A DNA stretch of 64,000 nt from positions 1-64,000 of the forward strand of contig JAIVFI010000043.1 of NCBI GenBank assembly GCA_025558095.1, given 5' to 3'. The notes under the pieces are model-generated. The model did not search any database and was not told the origin of the DNA. It saw only the letters and a program-made list of their open reading frames with translations. Within the stretch, counting starts at the first letter, position 1. Each line of letters begins with the position of its first letter. Both the position numbers and the translations under genes were made by a program. Shown piece after piece: positions 56,728 through 64,000 of this stretch. The stretch comes from Hyaloraphidium curvatum SAG 235-1. Its lineage: Eukaryota; Fungi; Monoblepharomycota.

Positions 56728-57861
56728 TCAGAGCTCGTCCTTTTTCGCTTCCGCCGGGATGTCCTCGACCTCCTTGGTCGGCTGGCCGATCTTGACCTCG
56801 ACGCCGTCGCCGTACTGCTCCCGCAGCATCTGCCGGATCCTCTCCTCCACGCCCTGGAGCTCCGGCGGGGTTTCTTCCTCGGCATCTGCTGGGGCGGGAG
56901 CAGGAGCGGGTGCGGGAGCGGGGGCCGGGGCGGGGGCAGGCGAGGCGGCCGGCGCCTCCTCTTCCTTCTTCGCCTCCGCCGGCACCTCCCCCTCCTTCGC
57001 CCCCTCCTCCTTCGCCTCCTCCTTCCCCCCCTCATCGTGCAGCCTCGCCGCCCTTTCCAGCGCCTCCTTGGCCTTCTGCATCGCGATCTCCCGCGCCGGC
57101 TCCTTGGCCGCGGCCGCGTACGCGTGGTTCTGCGCGTCCTCCTCGCCGATGCCCAGCAGCTCCACGTCAAAGGTGAGCTCGGCGTCGGGGGGGACGACGT
57201 CGGGGATGCCGCGGGATCCGTAGCCGAAGCTGCGCGACGGCAGGCGGGATCAGCTTCCTAGCAGGCGGGAACGGTCGGGAGGCAACCCACAGCGGCATCA
57301 CCCTGACCGCCGCCCTCTCGCCCACTTTCATGGTCCGCAGCGCCTGGTCGATCCCCGGCACCAGCTTGGGCGGCTCGGCGCCCACGACGAGGGAGGCGGG
57401 CGCGCGCTGGCGCGAGTTGTCGAAGATGGCGCCGGTCGAGTCGATGGTGGCGACGTAGTGGAAGGTGACGAGGTCGCCGGGCTTGGGGATCGCGCCGTGG
57501 CCTATCCGCGTCGGATATAAATCGAAATCAGGGAGATTCGTTTCCAGCTGGTTGCGTGCCACCGACCCTCGCGCGTGGTCTCCTTTGCCCAGTACTTGCC
57601 CTCGCCCCACGGCCACTCGCCCTCTCTCAGCTTCTTCTCCCCGCCCATCTCCGCCTGCGCCTGCCTGCTTGCGGCGGCGGGGAATTCGGGCACCGTCCTG
57701 ACGACCGGCTTCTTGAACACCGCGAGCAGGAACAGCAGCGCGACGAGCCCCGCGACGCCCGCGATGGCCGCGTTGGCGCGCCACGCCTTGGACGCCTTGG
57801 CGGGCTTGCGCAGCGCGGATGGCGGCGGCTTGGGCTTGCCGGACGGTGGGGAGGGCGCCAT
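56728..57861 (-). CDS. ER FKBP-type peptidyl-prolyl isomerase with a signal anchor and C-terminal KDEL; 2 introns
   Basis: TM helix; PKPGDLVTFHY; FDNS; VPGIDQALRTMKVGE; GYGSRGIPDVVPPDAELTFDVELL; KKDEL*. Confidence 0.9.
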
Positions 57862-57992
57862 CGTGGGGGGTGGAGGTGGAGGGCGCGGACGGAAGGGACC
57901 GGCCGACGTGGCGCCCTGAACGGTTGGGGACAGTCACCGGACCCTCGAATGCCTGCGAGGCTCCCTATCAGGAACGCAGCTCGCTGATCTCG

Positions 57993-59234
57993 TCATCCAC
58001 CTGCCCGGGCATCCATCACCATGTCCTGCTCGGCTTCTCCCGCCCCCCTGCCCCGTTCTGCCCACACCTCCCCCGCCGCCCTCCCAACCTCGTCCGCCCA
58101 CCGCTCGACCCCCCAACCCTCCCCCTCGATCACCCTGTCCACCGTATCCCTGCGCGCTGCCGACGCCCGCGCATACAGCGCGTCGTAGTGGTCCAGCAGC
58201 ACCCCCGCGGCCTCCTCCCTCCTGCCCTCCCCGAGCATCCGCAGCACGTCCGCCGTGCGATCCCCGCCCAGCCGCCTCGCGATCCGCCGCACCGCGTCCG
58301 AGAGGGCAGCGGGGTCGGCACCGCCGTACTCGTCGACCGCCCTCCTCAGCCGCTCCTCCCGGGGCACCTCGAGCACGATCCGCGGGGCGCACAGGAGCGA
58401 CGCGTAGATCCCCGCCGGCAGCGTCGCCCTCCCTATGCTCCTGTTCTCGTGCTCCGCCAAAATGGGCCCCGGCCTCGGATCGGCGAGCAGAGCGTCGACC
58501 TCCCCCGACAGGCGGTTCTCAAAATCCTCCGTGGTCGCGAATTCGCCCTGCGGCGCGGGGTGGAGCACCCCTCCCCCCGCGGCTTCGAGCGCCGCCCGCT
58601 GTCGGTCCGTGAACTTTGGAACGGGGTGCAGCGGGACGTGCGGCACGGGGAACAGGCCCCCGAACGCGCTGCCCCTGTGCCCTGCCAGCCCCTCGAGGTC
58701 CAGCACCTTGCTCTCCCTGGCAGCGAGGCACCGCAACACCTCGGACTTGCCCGATCCCGTCTTGCCCGCGATAACGACCAGCGGCACCCCGTCCGCCAAG
58801 CGTTCCAGAACGTGCCGCCTGTAGGCCGCGTAGCCGCCGGCCAGCACGGCGCACGGCACGCCCAGCAGCTGGAAAAGAAAGGCAACGGCCATCGACCGCA
58901 TCCCGCCGCGGGCGCAATGCACGCGCACCCGTTCGCCGGGCTTCAGTCCCCGCCCGACGGCGGCAGCGGCGGTCCCCAAAGCCGACATCCGCGGCCCGAC
59001 CCTCTCCAAAGCGAGCAGCACCGCCCTTTCTCTCCCGGCGCTCTTGTAAAGTGTCCCCACTTCCGCGCGGTCCGCGTCCGGGAACAGCGGCAGCGAGGCG
59101 GCGCCCGGGATCCGCGCGCGCGCGTGTTCGCTGGGGCTGCGGGCGTCCAGGAGGGGCCCCGGATGGGCGAGGAAGAGGGACGGCGGGAGGGGCAGCGGGC
59201 TGGGAGGGCCGGGTGGGAGCTTGGACGGGTGCAT
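57993..59234 (-). CDS. selU: tRNA 2-selenouridine(34) synthase-like protein (rhodanese + P-loop); intronless
   Basis: LDARSPSE...IPGAASLPL...RAEVGTLYK; CARGGMRS; GGYAAYR; GKTGSGKS; LDLEGLAGHRGSAFG; FEN; IGRATLP; HYDALY. All are MnmH/SelU/YbbB hallmarks. Confidence 0.9.
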   Translation of the reverse strand: MHPSKLPPGPPSPLPLPPSLFLAHPGPLLDARSPSEHARARIPGAASLPLFPDADRAEVGTLYKSAGRERAVLLALERVGPRMSALGTAAAAVGRGLKPGERVRVHCARGGMRSMAVAFLFQLLGVPCAVLAGGYAAYRRHVLERLADGVPLVVIAGKTGSGKSEVLRCLAARESKVLDLEGLAGHRGSAFGGLFPVPHVPLHPVPKFTDRQRAALEAAGGGVLHPAPQGEFATTEDFENRLSGEVDALLADPRPGPILAEHENRSIGRATLPAGIYASLLCAPRIVLEVPREERLRRAVDEYGGADPAALSDAVRRIARRLGGDRTADVLRMLGEGRREEAAGVLLDHYDALYARASAARRDTVDRVIEGEGWGVERWADEVGRAAGEVWAERGRGAGEAEQDMVMDARAGG

Positions 59235-59829
59235 CGCGGAAGGAGGAGGGCAAGAGGCCCGGCACCACAGCTAGTGGATCGACGGAGTGGACGCTAGGGA
59301 GTAAACAGTCGGGCGGCGGACCTGGCGCCAGCGACCCGGCGCGACCATCGAACGATCAGTCCTCTACTCCCGGGGCTATTCACCCCTCCACCGCTTGATC
59401 ACCCTACACCATCTACGTCCATTACATCAGCGAGAGAGAAAAGCTGAATGCCAGCAGGCACGGGAAGATGACTCTGCACATAGCAAGCGATCATGATCCG
59501 ACGGCAAGTGGAAGAGAGGAGGAGGATGCCAAGATCCGGATGCTGACAGCCGTCGACGGAAGCGCGGTTGTAGCGGAGCAGGGCGAACACGGATCCGGCT
59601 TTCGCTCCGGGTGCTGTGGATCTACACAGTCACGCGGGGACGTGCTAGCGGGAAGCAAAACGCCAGAGGCAGGGAACAGTTTTGGGGACAATGATTCGGC
59701 AAGTCGACTGTTGGATTCGCACTCATATGCCCGCCGCCGACGCGACGACGTCGCGCTTGCGTTGTGCCGCGTCCGCGTCCCCCCTGTTCGCCGCGTTCCT
59801 GGGGCCGTCCGCCGCTGGTTTTGGCCTGA

Positions 59830-62449
59830 GCCGGCTCGGCCCTGGCCATCGTGGGCATTGGCGGGACCGCCCAGCGCGGACCACTTCTTCTCTACTGGGG
59901 CCCCAGCGGGATCACGATCGGACGGCAAGACGAGACCGAATTCGGCGAGGTCGGAAGCCGAAATCAGTTGTATCAGCGAAGCACCTTCAGGAAACGGCAG
60001 TACCACTGCGAACCAGCGGGAGACGCACCGCCGCCCCGAGTGAGCATGGCCCTCAGCTGAGGACTGCGCGGGAGGTCAGAATGTATGCATCCACGAGGGG
60101 TTGCGCGCACCCACATCTGCTGCGAACAATTCCCGCTCCGAATAGATTGTACTCGTCCCTGCTCACGAACTCGTAGAACAGGCGGCTATTTGTCTACAAT
60201 TCCGGCACTTGGTCGCTCGGACTCTCGGGGATCCCGCCGATGAGTGATGCCGCCTGCACGTCCAAGACCTTTTGCGTTACCGTCGGAGCCCGGTCGACCA
60301 TACGGCTGTTCGACGGCGTCAGCTGGTCCGCCAAAGCATTCCCAAGTGCCGATGAGGGCACCTTTGCTGTGGTGGCGGACGTCGGCGACGGGCTCTTTTG
60401 GCTGTTCAAGAACAACGTCCCCGAAAGCGGATCCGGCGAGGGGCGCATTTGGTTCTGGATCCGGAGCAACGACACGTTCGGCGTAGTTCCGCAGTCCGTG
60501 GTCGGCAACTTCTCCAGCCTCAACAACATGTAGGTGACGCTGGGGCGAGACGATCTCGGAGACCTCCGTTGACGTCTGCACATCTGCAGCAACTGTCCCA
60601 CCGCCACCGACTGCATCGCCGTCGGAACCCAGGATTCCGGCTTTTCCAATGCCGTGGCTCGGTGGCGCGGCCCCGATCCCCTATCCTGGACGCGCGACGA
60701 CATCAACGGCTCGGTTGTCAGGGGCCTGTTCCTGGCAACTGGGTGCAACGCGGCGTGTTCAGACCGCGGCATGGACGATCCGTGCTGCCAGTGCATCGCC
60801 GTCGGATCCCGCGGGGTGGCTGCTATCGAGCCCGCGGTGGTCGACACGGCGTGCCTGCCGGCGCCCATCAAGACCACCAAGCGGGTGCCGGCCAAGACTA
60901 CCAAACGAGTCACGCGAAAGACGACGAAGCGGCGCACGACGACAAAGGCTCCGGCGCCGGCGCTTCAGACTTCGGCGGTGATCGTGTTGGATCTTGGATC
61001 GACCACCGTTCGTGCGGGGCTTGCTGTGGGTTGCACTCCGTTCGCGATCAGGATTGGAAGCTTACCCTATCTGTCAGGGCGACGGCACTCCGCAGATCAC
61101 TTTCCCGAACCTAGTCGCGAGGCTCGCCAACGGCAGCGTCCTGGTCGGCGAGCAGGCCCGTGCCTCCTCCGCCGCGAGATCTCCCCTCACGGACGGCACG
61201 ATCACCGACGTCGACGGCCTCGTGGCGGTCTCTTCGCACGCCCTCCGCCAGCTCGGAGCCACCAACCTGCGGCTCGTCCCCAACCGGCTCGTCTTCGTGG
61301 CGTCGCCGCGCAACACGCAGGCCGTGCGCAGGCTCTTTGCCGCCGCAGCGGCGCGTGCGCAGCGCCCACCCGGGCTCTTTGTTTCCCAGACCTCGCTGAC
61401 GGCGCCGTTCCTAACGGGATCAGGTGGGTTCTGCCTTCTGGAAGCCATCGCCGGCATACTGACTCCCGCGGTCCAGTCTCGGACGGCTCCCAGCTAATGT
61501 CGCTCGAATTCGGCACCTCGGCCTCGGCCGTCCCCGTCTTCCGCCGCGGCGGCCGCACCTACACCTTCCCCTCGGCGGTCCGCACCATGCGGCTCACGTC
61601 CTCGGCGATCGACGCCTACATCGCACGGCAACTCCGGATCACGACTGCGCAGGCGGAGGAGCTCAAATTGATCGCGGGGGTGTTCTTCGTCGCAGTGCCG
61701 GATGCGGGCGCCGCGGCGGGGACCAGGGCGGTGGTGGCGAGGCTGGGGAACGGGACGAGGGTGACGGTGCCTGGGACGCTGCGCTGGATGGCGCCAGAGG
61801 TGGGTTTGCGCGATTCGGATGCGGCGATCGCTTCTGAACTGGCTCGCGTCTATTGCAGTCGATCTTCCGCCCCTCGGCGATCGGCCGCACCGGTCCCGGT
61901 TTCGCCGACATCGCCCAGCAGGCCGTCGCCGCGACCCCGTCGTGGTTCCGTGGCAACGCCAGCACCATGACCCTCGTGGTGTCGGGCGGCACGACACTCT
62001 TCCGCGGGTTCGCGGGGCTGCTCCGCGCCGAGATCGGCCGGCGCGCACCGTGGAACACGGTCCCCTCCAACACCGGGGGCGGGCTGGCTAACTTCACCAA
62101 CGTGCTGATGGCGCCTGGGAGCACGACAGCCGCGTTCCGGGGAGCGAGCGCGCTCGGATGTGGGTGGCTGCGCAAGGCAGCGTCCGTGGCGCGTTACTGA
62201 TCTCATCTTTTTTCAGTCTTGAGCGGCACCCTGGGCCCTGCCTACGTCACCAGGCAGGCCTTCACCACGGGTGGCGCGGCCGCGTTCGCAAGTGGGTGGC
62301 TTCCTTCCCGATGATACGGAGTGATTCAGATGCTGATGTTCGCCCTCCTGCCAGCACGCTGCTTGGCCCCGGAGGGCACCATCTGCGCCTGCGACAATGC
62401 ACAATCGAGCGCGTGCGCGGTGTCGGGGCTGCAATGCGTCTGTCGGTGA
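59830..62449 (+). CDS. Fusion protein: Cys-containing propeller-like repeats + Thr/Lys/Arg linker + divergent actin-fold domain + Cys-rich tail (5' end unresolved)
   Basis: Introns 60040-60176 (tentative), 60530-60589, 61026-61077, 61424-61476, 61800-61858, 62160-62216 and 62292-62354 keep one reading frame. Actin motifs are collinear along the whole domain. Confidence 0.8.
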
Positions 62450-62710
62450 TGGGGAACACGCAAAAGGGCTGTTGAAACACGCAGACAGCACCCTCAAGGA
62501 GAATGTCTGTGTCTCGTGTCCAATGGACCCAAGAGCAGCTCGGATGCCGGCCAATCCAATCCTTACTTCCCTATCCGGCTGTCCGGTCATGCATGCGTCA
62601 CTCGGCGCGACGCGGCCGACTGCGGCCGGGGCCTTGCGTGCGTCGGATGCGTCATTGCGGGCCCAAACAAACATTCAGGTTCCGACGCCACTCGCCCGCG
62701 CCTACCCGTC

Positions 62711-63968
62711 GATGGCCGCGGCAGACGCGTCCGGAAGCTCATCATTGGCGCCCGAACCGCCCACGGACGCCCTGCTCGCCGCCTTCCGCGCCGCGTTCCC
62801 GCGCCACTCCTCCGCCCCGCTCGCCTTCTCCGCGCCGGGCGGCGTCGAGCTGTGCGGCGCCCACACGTACGAGCAGAAGGGCCGCGCAGTTGCCGTGGCG
62901 GTGGACCCGCCGACGAGCCTGGTTTGCGCGCCCAGCGGGTCGCCGGTGTTCACGCTGGCGTCGCTGGGAGGGGAACGCGTCTCGGTGGACCTCGCCTCGC
63001 TGGAGCCCGTGGAGGCGGAGAAGGGCACCGTGGAGGCGCTCATTCGCGGCGTTGCCAGCGGACTGTCGCAAAAAGGTTACCGAACCGCTGGCCTGGACGC
63101 CGCCGTCGGCTCGGCAGAGCCCGTCGCCCCGGGCTTCCCTTCCTCTGCCTCCCTCGGCGTCGTCCTCTGCTGCGCCTTCCTGGGGGCGCTGAACGACCCA
63201 CCGCCAAATTCTATCCCGCCCATGACGCCCACGGACATCGCCATGGTCGCGCACCGCGCCGAAATGCTCTTTTTTGGCCGCCCGTGGGGCCCGGCGACCC
63301 ACCTTGCGTCGGCCCACGGCTCCGTTGTAGCCGTCGACTACTCCTTCTCTCCACCCAGGGCGGAAAAGGTCCCCATGGACCTCCCCTCCGCCGGCCTCTC
63401 CCTCCTCCTCGCCTCCCCCTCCCCTCCCTTCCACCCCTCGCCGGCGCTCCTCGCCGCCCTGCACCACGACATGTCCTCCATCGCGCGGTGGTGCTCCCTC
63501 GGCGAAGCAACGGCGCTGGGCGACTGCAACGGCGACGAGTTCCTCGACATGGTCCCGCAGCTGCGCCGGCACGGCGTGCCGGACGGGGCGGTGCTGAGGG
63601 CGCTGCACTTTTTCGAGGAATCCGCGCGCGCGGACGACATCGCCGCCGTGTTGCGGTCCCCCGCGCCCGGCTTTTCGGCCGTGCTGGATGCCGTGCTCGC
63701 GTCGGGGCGGTCGGCGGCCATGTACCTCCAGGCGCTGCACGAGGCGCCGGAGCACCAGCCTGCGGAGCTCGCGCTCGCAATCACGGAGCAGTTCCTGGCC
63801 TCTCGGGGGGCGAAGGGGGCCTGGAGGGCGGGGGAGGGGAGCACGGTGCTGGCAATCGTGCCCGGGGAGCTTGCCGGGGAGCTGCAGGAGGTGCTCGAGG
63901 AGGCATTCGGCCCGGGGTGCGCCGTCCGCGCTTCGGTTCGGGCTACCGGGGCAGGGAAGACGTCGTAG
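62711..63968 (+). CDS. Degenerate galactokinase (GHMP kinase)-like protein; intronless
   Basis: FSAPGGVELCGAHTYEQKG; PGFPSSASL; AEMLFFGRPWG; RALHFFEESAR; ASGRSAAMYLQ. Confidence 0.8.
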
Positions 63969-64000
63969 CAGCTTTGCCCGGCATGTTCATTCCGCCGCCA

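Noticed and set aside
59800-59860. In-frame TGA (59827-59829) in PLVLA*AGSALAIVG next to selU, considered as selenocysteine or read-through
   Set aside because: No redox motif, no SECIS identified and no upstream in-frame ATG. More likely intron/UTR sequence or a decayed 5' end.
284-63844. Numerous long Arg/Gly/Pro-rich ORFs (e.g. 284-1672, 3896-5944, 10063-11991, 34447-36369, 37346-39388, 50299-52050)
   Set aside because: Antisense or off-frame shadows of real genes in roughly 70% GC DNA with few stop codons; no motifs.
1-64000. Bacterial origin of the whole window
   Set aside because: Spliceosomal introns are needed to restore conserved motifs in most genes, and eukaryote-specific domains (Zn2Cys6, PHD, MYND, KDEL/PTS1 signals) are present.

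Overview
High-GC (roughly 70%) eukaryotic genomic DNA, almost certainly fungal: it has a Zn2Cys6 transcription factor, a CBM18-CE4 chitin deacetylase and many short (mostly 50-80 nt) GT-AG introns with CTRAC/CTRAT branch points. The style suggests an early-diverging zoosporic lineage such as Monoblepharidomycetes (inference only). Most long ORFs in the supplied track are GC-rich shadow frames, so I reconstructed about 34 genes by hand-splicing. No rRNA, tRNA, CRISPR or transposase was seen. Highlights: (1) a spliced gene in which a complete but very divergent actin-fold domain is fused between Cys-rich, extracellular-looking segments; (2) beside it, an intronless bacterial-type tRNA 2-selenouridine synthase (SelU/MnmH); (3) an inverted duplication of a secreted trypsin-family plus two P-domain-like protein, in which one copy has lost the catalytic His; (4) a head-to-head TfdB-like phenol monooxygenase / intradiol dioxygenase pair; (5) a candidate 7TM ion-channel (gustatory-receptor-like) protein; (6) duplicated WW-PPxY-His/Gly-rich proteins with conserved promoters; (7) neighbouring enzymes with PTS1-like C-termini, and a degenerate galactokinase. 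CDS coordinates are genomic spans including introns.
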